In this document: in pieces, positions 1-13,288 of the stretch | Position numbering within the stretch: the stretch's first letter is position 1 | How the letters are laid out: the number at the start of each line of letters is the position of its first letter | Source: Okamejei kenojei | Lineage: Eukaryota | Assembly: GCA_035221665.1 (NCBI GenBank) | Contig: CM069143.1 | Coordinates: 19,344,001-19,408,000 of the forward strand | Length of the DNA: 64,000 nt | Direction of reading: 5' to 3' | Position numbers and translations under genes: made by a program | The notes under the pieces: generated by a model | The model's database searches: none | What the model was told of the DNA's origin: nothing | Seen by the model: only the letters and a program-made list of their open reading frames with translations

Positions 1-503
1 GCGCACCAGCCTACTGCGCATGCACGTGCGCAAGTTTCTTAGCGTGATTTTCAAGGGTGGATAGTGATTACCTGAAGAGTTTCACGAAGCAAACTTATGG
101 ATATTTTTGCTGCAGAATGGATTTTGTGCACAAATAATATGGTAAGTAATTTTTTTTGAGCTATATGTTTTTAAATACTTTATTAAGAGATAGGACCTAT
201 TGAAAACAAATTACATGATAAAAGTGGAGAGAACAATCTGCGCATGCGCGGTTTCCACGATTTAAAAATAGCCGAATGACAGTTCACCAGGGAGGGAACA
301 ATGTGCGCATGCGCGGTTTTGAGGATTAAAAAAATGCCGACCAGCAGTTTACCGGGGAGGGAACAATGTGCGCATGCGCAGTTTCAAGATTAAAAAAAGC
401 CGACTGACAGCTCACCGGGGAGAGAATAATCTGCGCATGCGCGGTTTTCAAGATTATTAAAAGCCACTGCCCACCCTGGCTGATTACTCACGGCACGTGC
501 CTG
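1..503 (+). mobile_element. Non-autonomous hAT DNA transposon, right part (same family as 48133-48977), inserted in L1 ORF2
   Basis: Near-identical to ~48480-48977. Ends in TIR ACGGCACGTGCCTG at 490-503. Carries four ~62-bp internal repeats with TGCGCATGCGC. Left end lies outside the window. Confidence 0.85.
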
Positions 504-1748
504 AACTGTTCATAGAAGGATGTAAAAGCTTCTGTGATTTCTTGTGGTTGTTAAACTAAATTTCTAGAAATCGGATGTAGAACTTTGGAAACTACTCGAT
601 TAGCTTGCTCCTTACGCAACTGAAATGCTAGAAGGTGACTAGCCCTATTTCCCTTCTCATAGTATTTTTGATTTAAGAATCGAAGGGCTCCTTCCGCTTT
701 ATATGTTAGAAGCTCTTCTAACTCATGTCTTTTTTGTTTTAGTTCCTTTAACAGATTCTAGTTTCTATTGTTATTTTTGTGTTCTACTTCTAATATCTTT
801 ATTTTACTTTCCAAAACAGATTGCTTCTTCAACCTAGTCTTCCTTACTCTACTCGATATTTCAATAATTTTGCCTCTTATTACTGCTTTTGCACCATCCC
901 AAAGAGTGGATAATGTTACTTCACTATTGTCATTGTGGTCAAAATACTCTTTAATACAATTCCTAATTTCCTGTGTCACTACGTTATCTGTCAATGAAGA
1001 GACATTTGCTCTCCAGTATTTAAAACTCTTTTCAGTTCCTAACTCCAAGGTAAGGATTATGGGCGCATGGTCACTGATTGTTATTGAACGAATTTTACAA
1101 TCTACCACTTTATATGTATATTGTTTGAGAACACAAAGCATGTCTATATGTGAGTAACTCCCGTGCACGTTCAAAAATAAACTATAATCCCTCCCCCTTG
1201 AATTTTGATATCTCCATGTGTCTACGAATCCTAACTCCCCTAGCATTTTATTTAATATTTAGGTTTTATTTGTATGGTTGTGCTCATCTGGTAATCTATC
1301 CAGCCTCCCATCAAGGACTGCATTGAAATCACCACCTAGTATTATCATACCTTTGGCATTTTCTGCAAGAATATTTGCAATGTCTCTAAAGAAAGAGTAA
1401 TCATCTTCCGTTGGTGCGTAAATATTTATAAACGATACTACCATCCCACTTATTGTACCAATTACCATTACATATCTCCCCAATGTATCTTGGAGTACTT
1501 TTTCCACAGAGAAAACTACATTTCTATTGAAAAGGATAGCCACTCCTCTCCCTTTCCCATAGAAGGCACTAAATATCTCACCAACCCACTCTCTTCTAAG
1601 CTTTTTTATGTTCAGTTTCCACCAGATGCGTTTCCTGAATCAATGCAACTCCACGTCCTAAATTTTTGAGTTGGCTCAGAATTTTTCTCCTCTTTATGGG
1701 GTGATTTAAACCGTGGACATTATAACTTACTATATTTAAATTAGTCAT
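504..1748 (-). pseudogene. L1 ORF2 N-terminal apurinic-endonuclease domain (stops/frameshifts)
   Basis: ATG at 1748 gives MTNLNIVSYNVHGLNHPIKRRK...IQETHL; continues in ORFs 1259..1543 and 758..1246. Confidence 0.85.
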
Positions 1749-2535
1749 TATCCCACGTTGTGTAATCTACTAGTTGCTTTCTATACCATTTTTGTTTCTT
1801 GCTCTGGTTAGCCTGTGAATATCCGCTGCACTCAAAATACAATTTACTAGGGTGCGATGTAACAATGAAAAACATTTGTCAAACTAACAAATCAATAAAC
1901 AATAAACAAAGCATTAAATCAATATAAAATAAAACTACACAAAGGACAAAAAATAAAGAAAGAAAAAAGGGACTTCCTACCTAACAAACCCATCTGGACA
2001 CCCTGAACTAACTGGTGTACCAGCTCCTCGTAAAAAGGCGAAGAGATGTGACGGTCTCTCCTGGGTAGCCCACTTATGTGTGGTTGCAACTACAGTAAGG
2101 TTGCTCTAAATCCCACTTTGGGACTTTTGAATTGCAATTATAAGCAAAAATAAATGGCAGGTATCTCCCCCCCACCCGAGAGAGCACCCCTCAATCCCTC
2201 TCTTTGATAGTACATTTAAATCAATTAGAAAATATAATACATTACAAAACCAGTTGTATGTGTGCTGTAAAAATGTGGCATAATCACTCTTCATCAAGAC
2301 AACAAAACAAAACCAGAGAGTATATGTACAAACTACATATTATTTGTCTCATCTTATACTATTATCTGATAGTATAGATGTTAATTGTCCACTTCATTAA
2401 CTCAAAGATCTCTTTCAGACATTTTACCATTTGCACATATGACCCATGATTCTGTAGTTATTTCAAACCTGTTTATAGTCCATCTCCTATGATACCCAGT
2501 ATGATGCGAAGATTTTCCTCTGACAGATTTGCTAA

Positions 2536-3442
2536 TTATCTCTGGCAGCTTGCTTTATTTGTCCCCCCTGACCAGTGGTCTTGCAGCAGTTCTCTATTCA
2601 ACACATCTCTGGACTCCGATCTGATGTAAATCCACATCTTCTCCAGTGTAGGTACTGCCTCAGTCAATGTCCTGAAGGATTTAACTCTAGAATCTAGGAA
2701 GATCTTGAGCTGTGCCGGGAATGGAGACTTGGCTTTAATATTTTTCTCCCGCAGTTGCTTAATCACCTTTCGTACCTCCTTACGCTTTCTCTGGACTTCT
2801 GGCGAGTAGTCTTGATCAAAATACACTCTGTCCCCATCATATATTATCTTTCGCTGCTTCCAAGCCTGTTGCAACACGAGATCTTTCGTATAATAGTCTA
2901 AAAATCTGACTATTATAGATCTTGGTGGGGCTAGCTCTGCACTCGGTCTAGCTGCGAGGGACCTATGTGCTCTCTGTATATAAATAGTTAAATCTTCTGG
3001 GAGTTCTAGGGCATTCCTCAACAGTTCATTTACAAACTGGAACATGTCCTTTTTTCCTTTCCCTCTGTGACTCCATATATCCGCACATTTTACGCCTTGC
3101 TCGATTTTCCAGATCCAGGCATTTCTCTGCTAAATTAGCTTCTCTCTCGTCGTGTCTCATTTCCTTATCTTCTGTTGAACTTACTCTGACCTCCATTTCC
3201 TTCAATTTTCCTTCTAGCTTTTCCATTCGAGCTGTTAAATCTTTCATTTTATCCTCCACTCTCGTTAATCTTTGTTTGGTATCTTCTGAGGCCTCTTTAT
3301 GTTCTTTTCTCAACTCTCTCAACTCGGAGAGAATTAACGGGCTTTCCTTATCGGACTCGGCGTCATCTTGCGAGGAGTCTGTCAGTTTCTGACCATTCTT
3401 TCCTTTTCCTCTGCGCTCGGACGCCTTATGTCGACCCATCAT
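2536..3442 (-). pseudogene. L1 ORF1p (frameshifted)
   Basis: ORF-track pieces 3026..3559 and 2536..3045 join by a frameshift into an L1 ORF1-like protein. Confidence 0.8.
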
Positions 3443-3589
3443 GTTCACACAGTCGTTAGCACTCCTTTCTCCTCGTAAATCACAGTATTTGTCTTTCTTA
3501 TGGCTGGTTTGAAGAGGGCCTCCCAGGGAGCAGGTCGATTTCACAGCCTTCACTGTCATGGCGTCACCGGAAGTGAAAAATACATTTTA

Positions 3590-3800
3590 ACATGAACATC
3601 TACCCCAGTGACTCCTTCGTATTCCTCACTGTGATGGAATGCAAAGGAAAGTTAAATCTCTCCCTTCTTTGTCCTCCAGCGGTCAGGGGCCTCTAACCTT
3701 CCGTTGTCGGGACGATCTTACTCCCGTAGCCGACGGTGGGCCTCCTCATTGAGGTGATCAAGCTCATGCATCGGAGGGAAATCTCGGCTCCCCTGCGCCA
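3590..3800 (-). repeat. Fragment of the GC-rich non-autonomous retroelement family also at 40507-41425 and 41633-42460
   Basis: Shares the CATCYACC..CAGTGA...CTCACTGTGRTGG hairpin motif with 40630-40660 and 42293-42340. Confidence 0.4.
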
Positions 3801-4090
3801 GGTTTAACCACAAATTTCTGGTTTAACCACAATATTGAGAACTATTTTCAAAAGTTTACTAATTTCTAGGTTTGACTGTCCATACTGCTTTTTACATCTG
3901 TGCATTTACTAAATATAGATAAATTCTATTACATTTGTAGTTCTCTATTATTTTTCAGTAAATCTCTTTTTGGCACTTTGATGTAAAATGCCAGTAGTCT
4001 GGCAAGAGTTGACAATAGGGAACTGACTGAACTTTGTACTGGTTAGTATTGGTTTATTATTGTCATAGGCGCCGAGAAACTGGGGAAACA

Positions 4091-4992
4091 ACCCCACCAT
4101 CGTGTTTCACTGATGAGGTGATATGCTTTGGATCTTGGGCAGTTCCTTCTCTCCTCCATACTTTGCTCTTGCCATCACTCTGATATCTTCGTCTCATTTT
4201 CCACAAGACCTTGGTTGCTCTTTTAAGTACTTCTTGGCAAACTGTAACCTGGCCATCCTATTTTTGCGGCTAACCAGTGGTTTGCATTTTGCAATGTAGC
4301 CTCTATTTCTGTTCATGAAGTCTTCTGCGGACAGTGGTCATTGAGAAATCCACTCCTAAAGAGTGTTTCCGATCTGTCAGACAGGTGTTTGGGTTTTTTA
4401 AATTTATTATAGAGATAATTCGTCTGTCATTTGCTGTGGTGGTGTTCCTTGGCCTGCCAGTCCCTTTGCGATTAGTAAGCTCACCAGTGCTCTATTTCTT
4501 CTTAATGATGTTCCAAACAGTTGATTTTGGTAAGCCTAAGATTTAGCTGATATCTCTAACAGTTTTATTCTTGTTTCTCAGTCTCACATTGGCATCTTTG
4601 ACTTTCATTGGCACAACTTTGGTCCTCATGTTGATAAACAGCAATAAAGGTTTCCAAAGGTGATGGACAGACTGGAGGAAAGAGTAGGTGCTGAGAGCTC
4701 TCTTATACCTGCATTGAGGAGGCAATTAAACACACCTTAACATTTACAATCACCTGTAAAGCCATGTTTCCCAAACATGATGGAGCCCTGAAATGAGGGG
4801 CTATGTATAAACACTGCTGTAATTTCTATATTGTGGAAGCAAAATGTATAAAAATGGCCTCAAGTGCAAATCTGACAATATGCACTTGAACCAGATGTGA
4901 TTTTTTTTTTTTAGTACAAATCTCAAATTGTGGAGTACAGAGGCAAATAAATAAATTATGTGTCTTTGTCCCAAACATTATGGAGGGCACTG
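4091..4992 (-). mobile_element. Tc1 transposon fragment (transposase 5' part plus one TIR)
   Basis: Ends ...CCAAACATTATGGAGGGCACTG|TA. Body matches the copy at 15790-16973. Confidence 0.85.
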
Positions 4993-5619
4993 TAGCTGTC
5001 AGATTACTAAAGCTGTCAGATTACTACATCTGCATGTTCGTGACATTTAGAAATATTGAAAAACTATTAAAAAATGAATGGATCATTTAAAAATCATGTG
5101 AAAATATGTGAATAATTAAAAGCATATAAATAACTGTTTAAAAAAGGATGTTTATAAAAGGTTAATTTATGCCTCCTCTCACTGCAGTGGATGGACTTTG
5201 TGTTCCTTCACCACGTCTAACCTCGTGCAGTTTGAGTGAACAGTTTCTGTATGGAATTGCTGGGGAATTCAACATATTCTAATCGTCTCCATGTGAAATT
5301 CAAGGATAGAGCCATTAGGAAAGCTACAAAGCCAGAAAATTCAAGTTTTTAGCATTCATCTATGAGCCTTCCGCTGTGGTGAATTTTAAAGCAAAATGTT
5401 ATTCTCGTGTTAAAATTCACTAAATTTCAGAATTGAGGTTGAGCTATACTTGAGAATGTAAGTTCACGGATGTAAGTTGGCTAATTGAAGAAAAAAGTGT
5501 TTAAAGATCTAGGCTTTAAACCTGGCACAGTGCTAATGTCTGCTGGGCAGCAGTAAAACAAGCACTGGTGGGCTACTACCATTGCTATCACCATAAAATC
5601 TTCAAATTTATTGTTAGGA

Positions 5620-6770
5620 TACCAGAGGGCATAACTATGAGATGAGAGGGGCTAAGCTTCTGGAGCGCTAGAATCTGTGTTGTGGGCTGAAGGGACTGAT
5701 TTCCAGAGGGCTTGTATGGTCATTGTGGGCCGAATGGATTCTTGGGCTGGCGGCTCAGTCACTCAAGCTTATTGTGCTGGTAGCTCACTCACTCACGGTT
5801 GATGGGCTGGCAGTTGACTCACGGGCTATTCCTTGAAATTCCATTTCAAGCAGGGTGCAAGGCCACCAAATTCAAGTGCAGTTTCATACCATTTCAAGCA
5901 GGGTGCAAGGCCACTAAAGACAGTGAGTCGTGACTTCGCCTTCCTTCATCTTGCAGAGACTGAGCTACCCCAACACTTCTGGGTTTTATAGTTCTCCCCC
6001 CCCCCCCCCCCCCACCAGAAGGGGCGTGGCCTTCATGGCGTGATTGACAGGAGAGAGAATCTCAACATTTTTTAAACACTAATAACTCTTTTATTTTTCC
6101 TCGGCACCTGACGAGCAGAGGGGGACTCTGGATAAGATGGAAAAAAAAACACAGCCGTAGTAGCGTTTTTTTCTAAAATCAATATAAAGCGCAAATAGGA
6201 AGAGGTCATCATTAGACTTTTAATTATATAAAAGGCAAGGCAACTTTAATTAGGCTGGGCAACTTTAATTAGGCAGGGCAACTTTAATTAGGCAAGGCAA
6301 CTTTAATTAGGCAGGGCAACTTTAATTAGGCAACACAGCTTTAGCATTTCCAAACCAAAGGCAACACACCTTTAGCGTTTCCAAACTATATTTCCAAACC
6401 ACATTAAGGGCACTGACAGGTCAATAAAACCATCACAGTTTAGAGGACATGTGTTCAGTGTTATTCAGAGCTCAGACTGAGAGACATGACCCTCTTGCAC
6501 CCCCATCTTGCAGAGACTGCTGAGGCACTCAACACTTCCGGGTTTTATAGTCCCTCCGGAAGTGGCGTGGCCTTCAAGAGAGAGAATCTCAATATTTTTT
6601 AAACACTAATAACTTTTTTTAATCGATGGGAAAAATCCTCTTGTCCTACGCAGTGGAGGGGGACTCTGAGTAAGATGACCAAAATCACAGCTGTAGGTGG
6701 CAGCGTTTTTTCTAAAATCAATATACAGAACAACAGGAAGTGTTCAAGATCAGACTTTTAGTAATATAGA
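5620..6770 (-). mobile_element. Probable non-autonomous Helitron-like element with duplicated 5' end module
   Basis: Minus-strand start A|TCTATATTACTAAAAG at 6770. ~290-bp direct repeats at ~5927-6230 and ~6484-6770. Internal minisatellite. No TIR or TSD; 3' CTRR/hairpin not clearly seen. Confidence 0.55.
6233..6333. repeat. 19-bp minisatellite (AGGCARGGCAACTTTAATT) x5
   Basis: Five consecutive units, read directly. Confidence 0.95.
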
Positions 6771-7724
6771 TAAGGACATTTCCAAAAGAGTAATCAAAAA
6801 GTTTGTTTACTTCGAATTTTTACCTCACTGAACCCGTTTACTGTTTGGTTCAAAAATTCTTGAGCTGCTAAATGTTATTTTATTTGTTGAAAGAACAATC
6901 AAGTTATGAACAAAAATATGGCTCCACATTCCTGCTGGGAATTTTTTTTTTTCATTATGATCTCTTTACTTTGACGCTACTTTCCTGCGTGACCCAATCA
7001 TTCTCTCAGCAAAGCATATTTTTAAAAATGGGATTAACGTCGGAAATGGCATTGCAGCTGTAATGTACAAGAGATTGTATTGGAGGCAATATGGAGGGAG
7101 AATAGAACAAAAGGAAATATGTATTTTGGTTGGATAATAGAGTTATTAAATTACAAAGGAGATGATGATGTGAGCATAAGTGCTATGTAATATGCAAATG
7201 TGACATGCAAAGAGCTGTGATAGGCAACAACAAATTTATAACCAAGATGAATTATTTACTGGTTGAATATAATGAAAATAATTGTGATAATCTTGAACCA
7301 GAAAGATAAGAAACGGAACAGAATGTAATGTGTCTCAACCAAAAAAAAGACTTTCTGCTCTTTGAGAATTATTGGAATACTTTAGGATACGACAGATATA
7401 TCAGAATGATAGCGGCAGATAAGTCTGTTGGCAAGCAATTACAGGCTTAACTTAGTATTTTTGTACTTTGCAGAGTTGTTTTGTACAATATCTACATTTG
7501 GTTCTTCATTGTTTAGTGTCAAAAATGTAAACAGCAAAACAGTAAAGCAAATTAAGTAGAAACAGATAGATTGGTATTCATTGAGAATCAGAATGGGGGG
7601 TCTTGAACTAGTAATAGATCAAAGAATATGTGGTTTTTCCAACATAGAAAAGAACATAGAAAATTGTTGTGTGACAGGAATTGACAGGTTCACAGAGATC
7701 ATATGTCAAAAGACAAGTTGGCTC

Positions 7725-8640
7725 ATTTTTTATGGTCATATAAACCCTACCTGTGACAGATGTAACTTTGAAGTGGCCTCTCTGACTCATGTTTTGGTCC
7801 TGCCCACTTTTGGAAAAATATTGGAAAGACATTTTTGATACTATTTCTGTAGTCTTAGATATTGATTTACAACCTCATCCTATTACTGCAATTTTGGGGC
7901 TACAAATGTTAGATTCTATTCATTTGTCCCCCTCCGCCCATCGGTTGATTGCTTTTACCACATTAATCGCTAGAATATCTATTTTATTTAAATGGAAAGA
8001 CTCCAACCCTCCAACCACACTCCAGTGGTATTCTGAAACTATATCATGTTTAAATTTAGACAAAATTAGGAGTGACATTGTTGAACCCTTGGTTAAATTT
8101 GATAAGACTTGGGGAAAATTTATGGAACACTTTCATACAATATAAATTGCTCCCTCTTTAACCGTCATAAAAACGATTTTACTTCTATATGGTGGACCGG
8201 ACTTGACGTCATACAGACTTAAATTGTTGAAACTTTTAGTTCAGATTTTGNNNNNNNNNNNNNNNNNNNNNNNNNNNNNNNNNNNNNNNNNNNNNNNNNN
8301 NNNNNNNNNNNNNNNNNNNNNNNNNNNNNNNNNNNNNNNNNNNNNNNNNNNNNNNNNNNNNNNNNNNNNNNNNNNNNNNNNNNNNNNNNNNNNNNNNNNN
8401 NNNNNNNNNAGTTTCCTTTTAGAGATTTAACTATATTTACATAGAGACCGGGAGGTCTATACTCAATGTGTATTTTGACATTGGTCTCATATCAGGTTAT
8501 ACCTGTTATTAATGTAATCCTGATCCCTATGTATCAATATAATTGTTATGTTTTTCACATTTTTATTGCTCTGTTTTTTTTAAATGTTTTGTTTTCTTTG
8601 GAAAAAAACAATAAAAAGATTTTAAAGAAAGAAAAGAAAG
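7725..8640 (+). mobile_element. L1 3' fragment (ORF2 CCHC C-terminus, 3'UTR, A-rich tail)
   Basis: CDRC...H..WSC zinc knuckle; ORF 7789..8145 ends FDKTWGKF; AATAAA at ~8610 followed by an A-rich tail. Confidence 0.85.
8251..8409. other. Assembly gap (159 N)
   Basis: Run of N. Confidence 1.
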
Positions 8641-9390
8641 GAATTGATGTTTCAGGTAGCAGAATGTTCCCTCCATTATGCTGAGTACGGAGGTATTTAA
8701 ATGTGTTTCATGTTGGCATTATTGAGGAAGTCAATATTCTGAATGTGGAGGGTGAAAGATGACAATGATGAATTGAAAATAATTGTGTGTAGGAGAGAAA
8801 GGGCAATATGAGGTTATGCCAAATGGCAGTTCAATGTACTTGAATTATTTTGCTCGATTAACTTCTGACTGAAGGTAGAGGGAGCAAAAGAATGTTCAGA
8901 AGTAACTCGGTAAAGTGCAAGTACAGGTAGTTCTGCTATAAAGCAGCAGTTCCGTTCCAAATAGACCTCACATTATAGAACATAGCCTCTTTACCTTTCT
9001 ATTGTTGGTGATGGAGAGGTAGCCAGACTGATGTTGGCAGCAAGGAGAGGGTGGTAGTGGACGAGGGCCCAGTCTTTGTAGACCGGAGTCAGGTTGTAAG
9101 TGGGTGTTTGGGTGTTATGTGGTGATTGGAGAGGGGTAGGTGGGAAAGGGCCCAGTTTTTGCAGACTGGAGTCAGTAAGTAGGTGTGAAGTGGTGATTAG
9201 GGAGAGGGCGAGGGGGAGGGGGTACCAGGGTTATGTTTCTGTTTATCGGACCTGCAGTAGAACTCGTGCAGGCCGTTGGTCAGCTGACGATTGTCCAAGG
9301 AGCGGGGCGTTTTCCTCGTAGCTGGTGATTTCTTGCAAGCCCTTCCAAACTGAAGAAGAGTCATTCGCTGAAAACTTGCACCTCAACTTC

Positions 9391-9789
9391 AACTCCACCT
9401 CCCATTCCGAATCCGACCGTTCTGTCCTGGGCCTCCTCCTTGGCCAGAGTCAGTCCCACCACAAATTGGAGGAGCAGCACCTCATATTTTGCTTGGGTAG
9501 TTTACACCCCAGCGGTATGAACATTGACTTCCCCAATTTCAGGTAGTCCTTGCTTTCTTCCTCCTTCCCCTCCCCTTCCCCTCTCCTTCCCAGTTCTCCC
9601 ACAGCCTACTGTCTCCGCCTCTTTTTTTGTTCTTCCCGCCGCCCCCCCACCCCCACATCAATCTGAAGAAGTGTGTCGACCCAAAACGTCACCTATTCCT
9701 TCGCTTGATAGAAGCTGCCTCACCCACTGAGCTTCTCCAGCATTTTTGTCTGCCTTCAATTCTTCCAGCATCTGCAGTTCTTCCTTAAA
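9391..9789 (+). mobile_element. 5'-truncated Penelope-like element (GIY-YIG C-terminus plus pLTR)
   Basis: FNSTSHS...LEEQHLIF.LGSLHP motif. Flanked by direct repeat CACCTCAACTTC (9379-9390, 9790-9801). Confidence 0.85.
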
Positions 9790-9898
9790 CACCTCAACTT
9801 CTCAGAGTACCTTTCCTTGGCAGCTGATTCATCTTCTCAGCTTGCACTTTCCCTGCCTGTGGAGGTCTGCATACCCGCTCCTGTAGGCCTCATCTGTA

Positions 9899-10613
9899 TG
9901 GGCCTGTCCCACTTCGGCGACTTTTTAGGTGACTGCAGGAGACTGCAGTCGCCACATGGTCGCCACGTGTTTGCGGGTGGTTGTCGGGGAGTTGCCTACA
10001 TGGTCGTGAGGAGTTCCCACATTTTGGGAACTGGTCGCGGCCGCAATATTGTTGCCGCAAATTTTTCAAAATGTTGAAAAATTAGCGGCGACTTGAATGA
10101 AGCCGCCATGGAGAGTAGTGAAAATTCTTATGCCATAGGTGGGTCGCCAGAAGGTCCTAGTGGGTTGCCAGGAGGTCGAAGGTTCTTGTAGATTGTAGCC
10201 GGTGAATTTAATTGACTCATTGGGGGAAAAAAACGTAAGCAGTAATTTTCAGAACCATGGATAACCGACCGGTAATGTTAAATGTCCGCTGAGTTTCACA
10301 GCCATGTATCTCTGGTTTCTTTAAAGTTGTCTGGCTTCTTAAAAGTTTCTCCACTCCTTCTCGCCCCTCTCCCCTCCTGTTTTAAAGGATTTATCATACA
10401 CTGTGCTTTAGCCATCTTAATTACAGCGCCAACCTTCCTGTTCATTGCAGTGTGTGTCTGTATCGCCTTGGCTTTGCACCGTGTGAATTTCAGACAGCGC
10501 TCCCCCGCTTGCCCGGTCCTCCTTGGCTTTGCACCGTGTGAATTTCATACAGCGCTCCCCCTACTTTACAGTCGCCGGCAGATACCTGAAAAATCGCCGG
10601 TGGGACAGGCCTA
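9899..10613 (+). mobile_element. PIF/Harbinger-type MITE
   Basis: TIR GGCCTGTCCCAC / GTGGGACAGGCC with TTA on the right flank. Reverse copy at 54371-55112. Confidence 0.8.
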
Positions 10614-10989
10614 TTAGACTGGCGGAGCTGTCTGAATTCTGCTGTAAACCAGGGCTTGTCGTTGTTGAACCATATCCCGGTCCTAGTGGGAATGCAACTG
10701 TCCTCACAAAAGCTGACATATGATGTCACAGTGTCTGTATATTCATGGAGGCTTGTAGTTGCTTCCCTGAACACATTCCAATCAGTGCAGTCACAGCAGG
10801 ACTGTAGATTTCCAATGCCCTCGCTTGTCCACCTTTTCATTGTTCTGACCACTGGCTTAGCAGATTTTTGTTTCTGCCTGAGGGTCGGAATAAGGTGAAC
10901 AGGTGAACAATGATCAGAGAGACCCAGACCCCCCGGGGAACAAAGCAATATGTGTTCTTGATTGGTGTAACGGTGATCGAGTGTTCTCT

Positions 10990-11350
10990 CCCCTCTGGTG
11001 GAGCAGATAACAGGTTGCCATCATCAAAGACCCACACCATCCTGGTCACACATAAATCTCTCCATTGGGAAGAAGGTACAGGAGCCTGAAATCTGTAACA
11101 TCCAGGTTCAGGAACAGCTCCTTCCCCACAGCCATCAAGCTATTAAACACAACATCAAATAAGCTCTGAACAATAACAGTCTATTATTACTGTTGCACTT
11201 TATCTGTTTATTTATTGTGCATATATGGTCTATAGACACACTGAACTTTTATGTCCCATTCTGTATTATGTTTATATATTCTGTTGTGCTGCAGCAAGCA
11301 AGAATTTCATTGTCCTATCTGGGATACATGACAATAAAACTCTCTTCACT
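10990..11350 (+). mobile_element. Rex1-like LINE 3' fragment inserted in the opposite orientation
   Basis: RFRNSxFP.AIKLLN-type C-terminus; 3'UTR ending CAATAAAAC-TCTCTT. Same tail at 60080-60268 and 60572-60800. Confidence 0.65.
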
Positions 11351-12064
11351 CTTGTTAAAGTCCCCCAAAACAATGACCATAGAGTCCTGGAAGTTACTCT
11401 CTACCCTCATTACCTGGTCAGCGAGTTGCATTTGCGTCTCACGTAGGGGCGCAATATACCCCCATACCTGTTGGGGGGGGGGGGGGGGGGGGTGGAGGGG
11501 GATGTAAACTCCAGCGAGGATAAACAAGGTAAATTTCCTCGGAGAATAAAAGGGTTTGCAATTTATAAAGAAAGATTCTAGATTGGGAGAACAGATGTTA
11601 GACAGTGGGTCGCTGCACTTGTCCTGGTTAGTGTAGAAGCATATTCCACCGCCTCTTCATTTTGCTGCTGCCTCAGCTCTATGTAGTCGAAAGCCAGCCA
11701 GTTGCAGCGCATTGTCTAGGGTCGACTCCCACAGCCAGGTGTCGGTGAAGCAAAGCTCGAGAGAAGTCCTTGTTTGTCTGGCGCAGGAGTTGCAGTTTGT
11801 CCACTTTGTTGTTGAGGGAACGTAGATTTTCAAGAATATTTGCTCGGGAGCAGTGTGCGTAATCCTCATCGTTGGAGTCGGGTGAGTGCTCCAGAGCACT
11901 GGCCGCGGGTCTTTCTCCGTCTCAAGACCTCGAACACAGCCACAGCCCCGCTGACGAATATGTCCAAAGAAACCAGTGAGAGAGAAATCCGGAACAATGT
12001 TTAGTGGTACCGCATATCTGATGTTAAGAGTACATGAGCTTTCATGTTCATGAAAGTGATCTTT

Positions 12065-13288
12065 TTTTAATCAAAATAATATTTACAATACAATAACACA
12101 AAACAGAACCCACCACCATAATACAAGACAAACAAATATACTTAATAAACTATTTCCAACTATGTTGCAATCCCTGTCAAGGATGCATTCAACCACCCGC
12201 GGTGCCCAGCGGTCCCGGAAATCCCCCAGGGTGCCCGTGGACAGTGCGTAGTCCCTCTCTAACACCACCCGGGCGCAGACGTAGCCTCGAAAAGGGGCAG
12301 GCAGCTGGCTTGGGCAGAGCCCTCTTCCGCCTGGCGCCCTGACTCGCGGATGGCCAGCTTGGCCAGGCCCAGGAGCAACCCAACCAGGACATCTTCGGCC
12401 CTACCCTCTCCCCTACGGACAGGATGTCCAAAGATGAGGATGGTGGGTGAGAAATGCAGCCAGGAGGCAAGGAGCAGCCACTTTAGATAATGGAACAGGG
12501 GCTGCAGCCTCACACACTATATAAACGTGGCACACAGCCTCTTTCAGCCGGCAAAAGTGGCAGGCGACTTGCAAATCTGTGGACTGCGAGAGAAACGGGT
12601 TGCAGGGAAATCCTCGGTGCAGTACCCTCCAACCCAGGTACCCTTTGTAGAGGGGCAGAATCCCTGCATAGAGGGACCCCGACACCAACTGCCACTTAGT
12701 GTCCGTATGTTGGGCCAGGTTGAGGAAGTGCAGGGTGTGGAGGAGGAGCCCGTACAGGACACGCCTCCCTGCGTCTTGGTGGGAGATGAAGGGTATTGAG
12801 GAAAGGCGGCTCAAGTTGTGTGGGACCGCCTCCCGGGAAGGATCACGGCGCCTGACGCCCCACCAACACCCGGTGGGGCGGGACAAGGGCCGGCTGCTCT
12901 CACGCCTGGGCTTTCGCCCTCTGCCGGCGGAGGGAGGGCCCTGTCGACACAACCAGGTTCCAGACTCTCAACAAGTCCCGGTAGAAGCCAGGCATCCCCA
13001 GCAGGACGGCACGGCTGCCGGCCACCATCGGGATCCACGTGCCACCTTGAAGGCAGCGGCCCCGTTGGAAAAAGTGCATCGCCAATACGAGCCACCTGAG
13101 TACAGGTATCTCTGCAGGGTTCTGAGGCGGGGAGCCGACAACTGGGTGGGAATGCACACAAGCGACTGACCGCCTTCCTCGATCGGGAGATTCAGGACCG
13201 CTGCAGAGACCCAGTGCTTTCCGTTGCCCCAGAAGAAGTCCACCAACTTCTTCTGGATGATCCCAGCAAAGATGGCTGATGGGACCCA
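12065..13288 (-). mobile_element. 5'-truncated Tx1/L1-clade LINE with TSD
   Basis: DFFWGNGKHW...LPIEEGG, LGWRVLH, CHFC...H...C knuckle, T-run at the left end. 17-bp direct repeat TCATGAAAGTGATCTTT at 12048-12064 and 13289-13305. Confidence 0.9.

Larger units (their letters stand above)
504..3575 (-). mobile_element. L1-clade LINE, 5' portion (5'UTR, ORF1, spacer, ORF2 endonuclease), degenerate
   Basis: 5' end CACTTCCGGTGACGCCATG at ~3575. ORF1 has a coiled coil plus RRM/CTD (LENRARR, IQRAHR, PRSIIVRF, DQDYS). ORF2 has APE motifs SYNVHGL, IQETH, NIYAP, GGDFN, DTWR, SDHAP. Confidence 0.9.

Noticed and set aside
6233-6333. Regular short repeats here and at 231-460 as CRISPR arrays
   Set aside because: Contiguous tandem units without unique spacers, no cas genes, vertebrate context.
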